64,000 bases of DNA from a bacterium (GTDB lineage Bacteria > SM23-31): contig OZ252239.1 in assembly GCA_965249485.1 (NCBI GenBank), positions 512,001-576,000 on the forward strand, given 5' to 3'. Every line of letters begins with the position of its first letter. The first letter of the stretch is position 1. The position numbers were made by a program, and so were the translations under genes. The notes below the pieces were generated by a model. It did no database searches, was not told the DNA's origin, and saw nothing but the letters and a program-made list of their open reading frames with translations. Below, piece after piece: positions 1 to 9,769 of this stretch.

Positions 1-411
1 TTTTTCCAGATTAAGCTGGAATGCAATATACCACGAATACCGTTCATCAAAGACCGACGGTTCAGTACGAATATTGTACCGGTACGTCCTGCTCACTGCG
101 CTGAAGCGGGCATGAAACATATCAGGCACTATCTCAAGTGATCGGACCAAAATATCACCCGGCAGCAGGGAATTCATGCTATTCATCAATATTTCAGTCG
201 AATCAGAGACGGCACAATCAAAATGTGCCACCTGACCTACAGCGTGAACACCGCTGTCTGTTCTGCCGGCTCCTGTAACCTGAACAAATTCATTACATCG
301 GCGTGTCAGAGCTTCTTCGAGGACACCCTGTACTGTCCTCTGTTCCTTTTGTATCTGCCAGCCATGAAAATCAGTCCCGTCATATTCGAGGACTGCTTTA
401 AAACGCTTCAT
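1..411 (-). CDS. truA: tRNA pseudouridine(38-40) synthase, runs off the window edge
   Basis: Not in the ORF track. Manual translation from ATG 411 gives MKRFKAVLEYDGTDFHGWQIQKEQRTVQGVLEEAL...GAGRTDSGVHA (catalytic RTD motif). The start overlaps the ecfT stop (TGATG). Confidence 0.95.
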   Translation of the reverse strand, partial: MKRFKAVLEYDGTDFHGWQIQKEQRTVQGVLEEALTRRCNEFVQVTGAGRTDSGVHAVGQVAHFDCAVSDSTEILMNSMNSLLPGDILVRSLEIVPDMFHARFSAVSRTYRYNIRTEPSVFDERYSWYIAFQLNLEK

Positions 412-1202
412 CACAATATAAATGAACCGACAGAAATGCTGAATATCACAATAAATGCAGTTATATCGCTGCGACGAAACCGCAGTTCTTTAAAGTAGGT
501 TCTTGCATTGCTCCCCGGAAATCCCCGAACCTCGAGTGCATGAGCAAGCGTATCCGCACGCTTAAATACTGAGATAAAGAGCGGAATCACTACCGAACTT
601 AAAGCATGAATTTTAGCAAACAACTTCCCCTCAAGCTGAGCACCACGTGCAATTTGCGCTTTTCTGATACGGTTACCTTCCTCGAATAATACAGGAATAA
701 ACCGCAGGGTAATTCCAATCATCAAAGCATAACTGTCGATGTTTAGTCCCATTTTTTTTAGCGGTCGCAACATTTTTTCCAAACCGTCTGTTAACTCCAT
801 CGGCGCTGTCGTCAGCATGAATAGTACAGAAAATGAGATTGCAAGAAAGAGACGGAATCCAAAATAAAATCCGATCGCAACACCTTCGGAGGTAACATCG
901 AATCCAACAACCGGTACGGTAAAAAGCACTGTACCGCTTGCAATAAATGCATGGAGTATAAACGTTAACCCGATTATCAGGAGAAAAAATGTCAATTGTC
1001 TGAAAAAATGTGCTGCCGGCACCCGTGATAAGGCGAGAAGCAGTAAAAAGAATCCGAGAAAACTGAACAGAACGAGTAATTCCTGCCGAACCGTAAGAAT
1101 GATTATGAGCGGAATCAGCGCAATCAGTTTCGTACGGGGATCTAATCGATGAATCAGGGAATCGCTTATGAAATACTGGCCTAAGGTTAGATTATTCAAC
1201 AA
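411..1202 (-). CDS. ecfT: Energy-coupling factor transporter transmembrane component T
   Basis: GQY..S.IHRLDPRTKL N-terminus, several TM helices, LRFIP, AQIARG and ALEVRG coupling motifs. Confidence 0.92.
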   Translation of the reverse strand: MLNNLTLGQYFISDSLIHRLDPRTKLIALIPLIIILTVRQELLVLFSFLGFFLLLLALSRVPAAHFFRQLTFFLLIIGLTFILHAFIASGTVLFTVPVVGFDVTSEGVAIGFYFGFRLFLAISFSVLFMLTTAPMELTDGLEKMLRPLKKMGLNIDSYALMIGITLRFIPVLFEEGNRIRKAQIARGAQLEGKLFAKIHALSSVVIPLFISVFKRADTLAHALEVRGFPGSNARTYFKELRFRRSDITAFIVIFSISVGSFIL

Positions 1203-1459
1203 GATACCGCCATTTGTTACAAGATTTAAATATAGGTAATTTTTGTAAAAAATGAAAGCGCTTTTTCCCCTAAGAATAGCACCCTTTTTCGTGCTTTTGC
1301 ACTAATATAGATCGAGGTTTCATAGTACAGTATTATCTTAACGAAAACCTGATCTACACCAAATGTGTTTTTTCTACAAAAATTGTGAATTTTTGTGAAT
1401 TATTCGTTATATTTAAATGTTCTAAGTTCAAAGCTGTTCTTAAGAGTGAATATTACACT

Positions 1460-2407
1460 ATGGAATATTATCCTCCACCATATAAATCCGATGTTCCGAG
1501 CTATTCGAATTTGCCTTTAGAGCCGGAAAAACCGCCTATACGTCCCCCAAATCCGGTTATTAATGTTGTTCTTTTCGTGCTCACAGTCGGTTCAACATTG
1601 CTTGCAGGAGCTTTTCTGGAAAACGGCAATCCGTTCATCAGGACAACAGACCTGTACAAGGGAATCCCTTTTGCATTGACGCTGCTTACTATTATCGGTT
1701 TTCACGAGTTCGGACACTATTTTATGTGTAGACGCCACGGTGTTGCCGCAACGCTCCCTTATTTCATACCCGCACCTCCACCTTTTTTCATTATAGGTAC
1801 GCTGGGAGCGGTGATCAAGATCCGTGCACCAATCACGAATAACCGGGCACTGTTCGATATCGGAGCAGCGGGCCCAATTGCCGGCCTGATCGTTGCTCTG
1901 CCTGCAATTGGTATCGGCCTCTATATGTCGGAAATCAGACAATTCATTCCGGGTAGTGCATGGAGCCTCGGTGATCCTATTATAATGAAACTGATATCAC
2001 GATTAATACTCGGTGAAATACCTGAAGGATTCGATGTCTATATAAATTCCATCGCTTTTGCCGGATGGGTTGGCTTAATAGTCACCGCATTTAATTTACT
2101 GCCGATTGGCCAGCTTGACGGCGGCCACATTGCCTATGCGCTTCTCGGTAAGCGGCAAGCGTTGCTTGGCTATACGGTGTTTTTCACCCTTTTTCCTCTT
2201 GCATTGTTCTGGTCGGGCTGGATTATTTTTATTATTATAGCACTTATAATCCGAATCAAGCATCCCACTGGGATTACTGCTCTCGAACCCCTCGATTTCA
2301 GAAGAAAAGTCATTGGTGTAGTATGCCTTCTCATGTTCGTTGTGTGTTTTATTCCTATCCCATTTAAGGGCATGGGGATTATCAACGCGCTCTCCTTTCT
2401 TTTTTAG
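1460..2407 (+). CDS. Site-2 protease (peptidase M50) family membrane metalloprotease
   Basis: HEFGH zinc motif, DIGAAGP, NLLPIGQLDGGH. Start placed at ATG 1460 rather than GTG 1385. Confidence 0.9.
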   Translation: MEYYPPPYKSDVPSYSNLPLEPEKPPIRPPNPVINVVLFVLTVGSTLLAGAFLENGNPFIRTTDLYKGIPFALTLLTIIGFHEFGHYFMCRRHGVAATLPYFIPAPPPFFIIGTLGAVIKIRAPITNNRALFDIGAAGPIAGLIVALPAIGIGLYMSEIRQFIPGSAWSLGDPIIMKLISRLILGEIPEGFDVYINSIAFAGWVGLIVTAFNLLPIGQLDGGHIAYALLGKRQALLGYTVFFTLFPLALFWSGWIIFIIIALIIRIKHPTGITALEPLDFRRKVIGVVCLLMFVVCFIPIPFKGMGIINALSFLF

Positions 2408-2422
2408 GTGTGATGACGAATC

Positions 2423-3274
2423 ATGAAGATAATTCGATCTATTCACCAGATGCAGTTATATAGTGCTACTTTACGCGCCGGAATCAACCGGATAGGATTT
2501 GTACCGACCATGGGTTTCCTCCATGAGGGGCACCTTAGTCTTGTCCACTCAGCAAAGAAGACGTGCTCCCATACAATTGCAAGTATTTTTGTGAATCCGG
2601 CCCAATTTGGACCAAACGAAGATTTAAGCCGGTATCCCCGCAGTGAAAAAAAGGATATTGATGTTCTTCGCCAGCATGGTGTGGATGCTGTTTTCATTCC
2701 GAAAGTAGAGACGATGTATCCAAGTGAATTCCAGACAAGTATAATAGTGGAGAACATGACATCTGCTGGTGAAGGTGCTTCCCGGCCGAAGCATTTTCAA
2801 GGTGTTACAACTGTCGTTATGAAACTTCTGAACATTGTGCAGCCTTCTGTGCTTTTTCTCGGACAAAAAGATATTCAGCAAGCACTTATTCTGAAACGTA
2901 TGATAGTCGACATGAATATGTCGGCGACAGTCAGAATTTGTCCTATAAAGCGGGAAAAAGACGGGCTAGCAATGAGTTCACGAAACATCTATCTATCCGG
3001 TGATGACCGGAATTCGGCATTAGCACTATATAGTGCGCTCAAAGAGGTGAAATTGGCGATAGCAAACGGCGAAACATCGTGTATAAAATTGCAAAAATTG
3101 GCACAGTCGGTTTTTCAGCAGTATTCGGGTGCTTTACTCGATTATGTGCTGTGTGCTTCTTACGAATCGTTTGAGCAGGTCAGGACAGTTACCGGAAGGA
3201 CAGTTGTTGCACTTGCGGGGTATGTCGGGAAAATACGGCTGATTGACAATATCATCGTATCACCGCCGAAATAG
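2423..3274 (+). CDS. panC: Pantoate--beta-alanine ligase
   Basis: FVPTMGFLHEGHLSL, SIFVNPAQF, RPKHFQGV, GQKDIQQ, DGLAMSSRN, RLIDN. Confidence 0.97.
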   Translation: MKIIRSIHQMQLYSATLRAGINRIGFVPTMGFLHEGHLSLVHSAKKTCSHTIASIFVNPAQFGPNEDLSRYPRSEKKDIDVLRQHGVDAVFIPKVETMYPSEFQTSIIVENMTSAGEGASRPKHFQGVTTVVMKLLNIVQPSVLFLGQKDIQQALILKRMIVDMNMSATVRICPIKREKDGLAMSSRNIYLSGDDRNSALALYSALKEVKLAIANGETSCIKLQKLAQSVFQQYSGALLDYVLCASYESFEQVRTVTGRTVVALAGYVGKIRLIDNIIVSPPK

Positions 3275-3307
3275 AAACAAGAGAAAACTTATTAAACGGT
3301 AATTTTT

Positions 3308-4105
3308 ATGAATACATGTGGTATCATTATTCTTGCAGCAGGAAAAGGTGAACGAATGGGGGGAATCCGGCCGAAAGTGCTTTATAAGCTCGATAATAAG
3401 CCACTTATCGACCATGTCCTAATAACAGCTTACCAGCTTCAACCTGAGCGAATTGTGGTCGTGGTCGGATTTGAAAAAGAAAAGGTAATGGATTGTGTTA
3501 CGCAAAAAGCAATTTCTCATTCTGTTAAAAGGTATAATGATACGACGGCGTCTGACAAAATTGATCCCATCGACATCCGGTTTGCTATACAGGATGAACA
3601 GCTCGGAACAGGTCATGCAGTATTGCAGGCACAAGAAATGTTTGCTGATTTTCAGGGTGACATACTTATTCTGAACGGCGATGTTCCCTTGATTTCAACC
3701 GAAACACTATCAGGATTACTGAAAAACCATTTAGAATCCGGCGCAGGCGCAACCGTTCTTACTGCCAATTATACAAATCCCAAGGGGTACGGTAGAATTG
3801 TATTCGATGAGGACGGCTCTCTACAGAAAATTGTCGAAGATAAGGACGCCACTCATGAAGAGAAAAAAATTTCTGTTGTCAATACCGGAATGTTTGTTTT
3901 CAACTCCGATCACCTCTTTACCTATCTGCATAAGGTGAATCGGGACAATACACAGGCAGAGTATTACCTTACCGACCTGATTCAGATTATCCGAGAGCAT
4001 TCTATCAAGGTGTCTGTATTTCAGTCATCCAATCCAAAAGAAACTTACGGCATCAACACTCCTGAGCAGCTTACCGCACTGAATTCTATGCTGTCAACGT
4101 CATGA
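3308..4105 (+). CDS. GlmU-like sugar-phosphate nucleotidyltransferase, N-terminal domain only
   Basis: LAAGKGERM..PKVL, QLGTGHAV, GDVPL, GYGRIV, EYYLTD, GINT..QL. Ends at 265 aa with no hexapeptide acetyltransferase domain. Confidence 0.88.
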   Translation: MNTCGIIILAAGKGERMGGIRPKVLYKLDNKPLIDHVLITAYQLQPERIVVVVGFEKEKVMDCVTQKAISHSVKRYNDTTASDKIDPIDIRFAIQDEQLGTGHAVLQAQEMFADFQGDILILNGDVPLISTETLSGLLKNHLESGAGATVLTANYTNPKGYGRIVFDEDGSLQKIVEDKDATHEEKKISVVNTGMFVFNSDHLFTYLHKVNRDNTQAEYYLTDLIQIIREHSIKVSVFQSSNPKETYGINTPEQLTALNSMLSTS

Positions 4106-4303
4106 TATTTTATTGAAAACAGTTGCATAGGCTTCTGCTATTCAGTATATTTATGCACGAATTATTCATTGAATTCATACCATTTTTAACGCTTGATTCA
4201 ACATGTAATTACAACGGGAGAGTCATACCCGACAATGGCATGAGTGTGATTCATAAAAACAGAATCACTGATCCTTGCCGAGGGACGGCTCTCGATTTGT
4301 TTT

Positions 4304-4765
4304 ATGGTACAACGAAAGCGCAGAACTGGCAGCAAACCACCATTAAATCTCGTACCTATTCGGAAGTATTTAATATATGCTTGTGGTGTAGCGGTTATTG
4401 CGCTCGCAGTTTGGCTGGCAAGTACAAATATTTCTACTGGACCTGATGAGGTGATCCCGGAAGAGGAAATTCAGGAACAGCCAGTAATAATCGAGATTTT
4501 GAACGGCACAAGGGTATCAGGAATTGCAGGCCGGATGTCGACTTTTCTCATGAGTAACAATATTGACTCAATTATAGTAGGAAATGCCGACAACAAGAAT
4601 TTTCCAGAAACAATCATTATTGAGCGCAAACAAGGTATTGGTGGCGAGATATCCCGATTAACTGGTGTCAGAAATTTGACGTTCGATTTAGAAAGCGACT
4701 CGGATATTGCTGTAACTATTATCCTCGGGTCTAACTATGAACAGTTTAATCCGTTCACTCAATAA
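4304..4765 (+). CDS. LytR C-terminal domain membrane protein
   Basis: One N-terminal TM helix, then IEILNGTRVSGIA...GNAD...VTIILG.NY typical of LytR_C. Confidence 0.8.
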   Translation: MVQRKRRTGSKPPLNLVPIRKYLIYACGVAVIALAVWLASTNISTGPDEVIPEEEIQEQPVIIEILNGTRVSGIAGRMSTFLMSNNIDSIIVGNADNKNFPETIIIERKQGIGGEISRLTGVRNLTFDLESDSDIAVTIILGSNYEQFNPFTQ

Positions 4766-4872
4766 TCTATACTGTGCAACTCAAATCCAATAAAATGTTA
4801 AGTCGCTCACTGAACAAGCATTAAGGTAAATTAAAAAATACCTATTAACAGCAGCACAAACTTCAGATGTAA

Positions 4873-5247
4873 ATGACCCCAAAGAAATTTGCAGAAAAGA
4901 TTGCCCAACTGACTCTGACAAAAAAAGCCGAAGAAGTAAAGATTATTGATCTCCGGAAAGTTACGAGTTTAACCGATTTTTTTGTTATCTGTTCCGGTGA
5001 TACCGATATTCAGGTCAAAGCGATTGCAGAAGTGGTCATCGAAGGATTACTCAAAAGTAAAAACAAACCATGGCACAAGGAAGGACTTGAGACCGGCACC
5101 TGGATTCTTCTCGATTTTGTCGATGTAGTTGTTCATATTTTTCGTAATGATAAACGTTCATATTACAAACTGGAAAATCTGTGGGGTGATGCACCTGTTA
5201 TAACTATTGCAGATAATCTCAATATGAATTCCGGAGAAAAAGCATGA
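4873..5247 (+). CDS. rsfS: Ribosome silencing factor
   Basis: KKAEEV.IIDL, DFFVICSG, QVKAIA, WILLDFVDVVVHIF, YYKLENLWGDA. Confidence 0.96.
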   Translation: MTPKKFAEKIAQLTLTKKAEEVKIIDLRKVTSLTDFFVICSGDTDIQVKAIAEVVIEGLLKSKNKPWHKEGLETGTWILLDFVDVVVHIFRNDKRSYYKLENLWGDAPVITIADNLNMNSGEKA

Positions 5248-6146
5248 CACTTTTGGTAGTGGGATCGATCGGATACGACTCAATTGAAACCCCTTGGGGA
5301 TCTGTCACCGATGCGCTCGGTGGATCGTCAATACATTTTAGTGCTGCATCAAGTTTATTCACCGAGACTAGAATTGTCGGTGTAGTTGGTGATGATTTTA
5401 ATAAGGACGAACTCCGGTTTCTTGTTGACCGCTATACTGATATCAGTGGTGTTGTGACCGAAAGTGGAAAAACTTTCCGGTGGAGTGGCAGATATCATGA
5501 AAATATGAATGACCGAGACACGTTATCAACAGAATTAAACGTATTTGAGCATTTTAAGCCGAACATTCCTGATTCGTTCAAGGATTCAAAGTTTATTTTT
5601 TTGGCAAATATACATCCGAAACTTCAGCTTGATGTGCTGGATCAGGTTGCCAATCCAGAATTTGTTGCTATGGACACCATGAATTTCTGGATAGAAGGGA
5701 ACAGAAGCGACCTCGAAACGGTATTGAAGAGAGTAGATGCTGTTATTCTCAATGACTCGGAAGCACTTGAGTTCAGCGGAGAACTGACTTATCCGCGTGC
5801 AGCACGCTCAATAGCGAAATTTGGACCGAAATTCGTCATCATAAAAAAGGGGGAGCATGGAGCACTTCTCTACAATGATGGATCATATTTTGTGCTTCCA
5901 GCCTACATTCTGGATTCAGTTGCCGATCCAACTGGTGCGGGTGATTCATTTGCCGGGGGATTTATGGGGTATCTTGCTCAACATGGTTCGACAGATAATA
6001 GAAGTGTCAGGCTTGGGATGGCATACGGGACATGTACCGCATCATTTTGTTGTGAAGATTTCAGCACCAAGCGGCTTGCCTCAGTAACAGAGAATGACAT
6101 AGAGAACCGTTTCCGGTCATACAAACAACTCATACAGATTCCTTAG
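5244..6146 (+). CDS. PfkB family carbohydrate/nucleoside kinase
   Basis: VVGSIGYD, LGGSS, DPTGAGDSFAGG PfkB signature. Confidence 0.92.
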   Translation: MTLLVVGSIGYDSIETPWGSVTDALGGSSIHFSAASSLFTETRIVGVVGDDFNKDELRFLVDRYTDISGVVTESGKTFRWSGRYHENMNDRDTLSTELNVFEHFKPNIPDSFKDSKFIFLANIHPKLQLDVLDQVANPEFVAMDTMNFWIEGNRSDLETVLKRVDAVILNDSEALEFSGELTYPRAARSIAKFGPKFVIIKKGEHGALLYNDGSYFVLPAYILDSVADPTGAGDSFAGGFMGYLAQHGSTDNRSVRLGMAYGTCTASFCCEDFSTKRLASVTENDIENRFRSYKQLIQIP

Positions 6147-6302
6147 TCACAATATCCGGGAATGCTGAATTCCAATTATTGATTGAGAAGTACAGAATAC
6201 ACTCGACATAACAATCATAAAACTGTAAAAAACAAGTCATTTAACAATATTCATAATTACTGTTGCACACAATAGAATAGTATATAATAAGATTATCCTA
6301 CT

Positions 6303-7415
6303 ATGTCTCTCACTCTCTTTTTTACAACGATTCTTTTTCTACTTGCGGCTTTTCAGGCGCTTCAAATCTATTTTTTCAAGCGGAAGCAAATAGGATACGG
6401 CGCTATTTTTGTGTTTTTTTTCTGGACGACACTCGTTTTCCTGATGTACAATATGCAGATTCTATTTTCTGCTAATGTGAGCGGGAGCGGATCACACCAG
6501 TCAAAGACTATCATCATCGACCGCGGCTCGTTATTGTCGAATATTGCCGGCCAGCTCCGTACTGAGAGCATTATTAAAGATAGAAATCATTTCTTGTGGA
6601 CTGCAAACCTTCTTGGCCTTCAGCATAGGGTACAGGCTGGTAAGTACAACCTCTCACCTTATATGTCGAATTATGCCCTGATACTCCAACTCACTTCCGG
6701 CGGGAGTGTTCAGGAGCAGATTACGATAGTTGAAGGCTCGACTGCCAAAGAAATCGCACTCATCGTTGCAAATAAACTCGATTTAGATGTCGACCGATTT
6801 CTTGAAATTGTGAACAACATATCTGTTGCAGAGCGGCTCGGAATCGATGCGCCGGCACTCGAAGGTTATCTTTTTCCAGAGACCTACCGGTTTAACTGGG
6901 GCATCTCAGAGATGGATGTTGTTGAAGTACTTGTCAGTGAGTTTAAGAGACAAGTTGATTCATCATTATCAGATGCAGCCTCTGTGCATAATCTTACTTT
7001 TCATGAAGCAGTAATTCTTGCATCGATTGTCGAGGATGAAGCAGTTATTGATGATGAGAGACCTATGATTTCGGCTGTGTTTCACAACCGTCTCAAAAAG
7101 AACTGGCGTCTTGAAGCTGACCCTACAGTTCAATATATTATTCCGGACGGCCCCCGGCGTCTTCTCGATAAAGATCTTGCAATCGATTCACCTTATAATA
7201 CATATAAGTACCGAGGATTACCTCCTGGTCCTATTAATAATCCGGGTCTCAAATCTATATTAGCAGCAGTGAATCCTGCCGATGAGTCATATGTTTATTT
7301 TGTCGTAACCGGTGAAGGACGGCACACCTTTTCCCGCACACTGAACGAACACCTTCAGGCAAAACAAAAACTTGACCAGCTCAGGCGGGATTTGAGGCGT
7401 CAATCAATGCAGTAG
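6303..7415 (+). CDS. mltG: Endolytic transglycosylase MltG
   Basis: LEGYLFPETY, ILASIVEDEA, FHNRL...LEADPTV, SPYNTY...GLPPGPI. Confidence 0.95.
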   Translation: MSLTLFFTTILFLLAAFQALQIYFFKRKQIGYGAIFVFFFWTTLVFLMYNMQILFSANVSGSGSHQSKTIIIDRGSLLSNIAGQLRTESIIKDRNHFLWTANLLGLQHRVQAGKYNLSPYMSNYALILQLTSGGSVQEQITIVEGSTAKEIALIVANKLDLDVDRFLEIVNNISVAERLGIDAPALEGYLFPETYRFNWGISEMDVVEVLVSEFKRQVDSSLSDAASVHNLTFHEAVILASIVEDEAVIDDERPMISAVFHNRLKKNWRLEADPTVQYIIPDGPRRLLDKDLAIDSPYNTYKYRGLPPGPINNPGLKSILAAVNPADESYVYFVVTGEGRHTFSRTLNEHLQAKQKLDQLRRDLRRQSMQ

Positions 7416-7438
7416 TAATTTCTTTCCACGATCATAAT

Positions 7439-9652
7439 ATGAGTATACAAAGCAGCGTAAAATCTAAATATAAATCTTTCCGCTGGGAAAAAGACCTTAA
7501 TCCCGCTCAAAAAGAAGCTGTCGAATCGATTTCAGGGCCGCTTATGGTCCTTGCCGGTGCCGGTAGCGGCAAAACCCGGGTAATTTCTTACCGGATCGCC
7601 TATCTTGCTTCTACAAGAACCGTGAGTGCCGATAAAATCCTGGCATTGACGTTCACCAATAAAGCTGCGCAGGAAATGCGGTCCAGGGTTCTGAAACTTA
7701 TTCGTGGTACTTATTCTACCCTATGGATAGGAACATTTCACTCACTTTTTTCCCGTATACTTCGTCGGGAAGCGAAACATCTGGGATTTACCAGCAATTT
7801 TAGTATTTACGACGAGCAGGATCAGCTCTGGGCGGTAAAGAATGTTATAACGAATTGGAAACTACCGACGGGTGATTATACACCACAAATTATTTTGTCA
7901 AAAATCAGCAAATTGAAATCCCGTTTGGTATCAACGGAAGAATATGCTGCTTCGGATGATGGCTCTCCTTTGTGGGATTTTGTTTCTCCGGTTTATACAA
8001 TGTATATGCAGTATCTCAAAGCAAACAATGCTCTCGATTTTGACGATCTACTCATGTCAACCTATCGGCTTTTCAAGGGTCATCCTGACTTGCTCAAAAA
8101 GTATCAGAATAAGTTTAAGTATATTCTTGTGGACGAATTTCAGGACACTAATCTTGCTCAATATCAGATATTGATACAGTTGGCTGCCGAGCACAAGAAT
8201 ATATGTGTTGTCGGGGACGATGATCAATCGATCTACCGATGGCGAGGAGCAGAGATTAAGAACATCCTTCAATTCGAGCATGATTTCCCTGATACGAAGG
8301 TGATCAGACTTGAACAGAATTACCGCTCTACAAAAAACATTTTAACAGCTGCAAATTCGGTCATTAAGAATAACCGTATCAGACACGACAAAACACTCTG
8401 GACAGATAAAGGTGATGGTGAAAAAGTGATCCTTCACCAGGCTGACACAGATAGAGATGAAGCACAGTGGGTTGTACAAAGCATAGAGTCTGAAGTATTA
8501 AAGGAAAAATGGAAATGGGGCGATTTCGCTATCCTCTACCGCCTTAATGCCCAGTCACGAATTTTCGAGGATAATCTCCGGAGAAATAACATTCCCTATA
8601 CTGTTGTCGGTGGCCTCCGTTTTTATGAGCGGAAAGAGGTTAAGGATGTTCTCGCTTACTTAAGCATTATCGTTAATCCGAGCGATGCAATCATGCTGAA
8701 GCGGATTATTAATTACCCCCACCGCGGAATCGGAAAGCAGACAGTCTCGAAAATAGAAGCATATGCACAGGAACAGTCCCTCTCCCTTTATGAATCGTTA
8801 AAGCAGGTTAATCGGATTCCTGGCCTGACACCCGCACGGCTGGAAACTCTCAAAGAGTTTTATTCTTTTGTTTCGAAATATCGCAAACTCAAGAATCAGA
8901 TTTCTCTTGTCGAACTTGTTGTGTCGCTTATTGAAGCATTGGAAGTATTTCAGCATCTTGAACGCGAATATCATAACGATGCTGCGGGCCGGATCGAAAA
9001 CATACGGGAATTATTGCGGGCGATTGAAGAATATGGGACGCATACTGAAAATGACACCTTAGAGAATTATCTTTCAGAGGTTGTTCTCTTAACTGATATC
9101 GACAATTGGGACAGCGAAAAACAGCACGTCTCAATTATGACTTTTCATGCCGCAAAAGGGCTTGAGTTTCCGATTGTTTATGTTACAGGAGCAGAAGAAG
9201 GAATTCTCCCGATTGCATCCTCCCTGGAAGACCCTGATGCACTTGAAGAAGAGCGGAGGCTATTCTATGTCGGCACGACTCGGGCAATGGATATTCTTCA
9301 TATCACATCGGCAAATTTGCGAGGAATGTACGGTAAATTTGACGAAAATCCACCATCCCGCTTTTTGTGTGAACTCGAAAAAAAATCACTCATTCAGACG
9401 GATGCCGAGCCGGTATTTACGTTTGATGTACCGCCAAAAAAATCTAAGACACCCCATCTGGTTCCAGCGTCACAACTTTCTACTAACGGACAGTTCAAGA
9501 CCGGTATGAAAGTGGCACATCCCGATTTCGGTGTCGGTGTAATACATAGTGTAGAGAAAAAAGGTGCTTCAACAAAGATTAAAGTGACGTTTGAAGGACG
9601 GACCACGAAAACTTTAATGGCTGAGTATGCGCCACTGCTGATTATTCGCTAA
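7439..9652 (+). CDS. pcrA: ATP-dependent DNA helicase PcrA/UvrD
   Basis: AGAGSGKT, TFTNKAA, VDEFQDTN, QNYRS, HAAKGLEF, EERRLFYV, C-terminal Tudor-like domain. Confidence 0.95.
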   Translation: MSIQSSVKSKYKSFRWEKDLNPAQKEAVESISGPLMVLAGAGSGKTRVISYRIAYLASTRTVSADKILALTFTNKAAQEMRSRVLKLIRGTYSTLWIGTFHSLFSRILRREAKHLGFTSNFSIYDEQDQLWAVKNVITNWKLPTGDYTPQIILSKISKLKSRLVSTEEYAASDDGSPLWDFVSPVYTMYMQYLKANNALDFDDLLMSTYRLFKGHPDLLKKYQNKFKYILVDEFQDTNLAQYQILIQLAAEHKNICVVGDDDQSIYRWRGAEIKNILQFEHDFPDTKVIRLEQNYRSTKNILTAANSVIKNNRIRHDKTLWTDKGDGEKVILHQADTDRDEAQWVVQSIESEVLKEKWKWGDFAILYRLNAQSRIFEDNLRRNNIPYTVVGGLRFYERKEVKDVLAYLSIIVNPSDAIMLKRIINYPHRGIGKQTVSKIEAYAQEQSLSLYESLKQVNRIPGLTPARLETLKEFYSFVSKYRKLKNQISLVELVVSLIEALEVFQHLEREYHNDAAGRIENIRELLRAIEEYGTHTENDTLENYLSEVVLLTDIDNWDSEKQHVSIMTFHAAKGLEFPIVYVTGAEEGILPIASSLEDPDALEEERRLFYVGTTRAMDILHITSANLRGMYGKFDENPPSRFLCELEKKSLIQTDAEPVFTFDVPPKKSKTPHLVPASQLSTNGQFKTGMKVAHPDFGVGVIHSVEKKGASTKIKVTFEGRTTKTLMAEYAPLLIIR

Positions 9653-9769
9653 AATGAACAGTAGAAATAAATGAACATTTTGCTACACATTGATACTCGC
9701 CCCCTCTCAGAGACATGGCTTGTAACGAATAATAATCGTCTGAAAAGTAAGTTAAAATAACGGCATGTA

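Noticed and set aside
4123..4446. 107-aa ORF overlapping the LytR_C gene
   Set aside because: TTG start, no motif, overlaps a better-supported gene and the candidate RNA hairpin.
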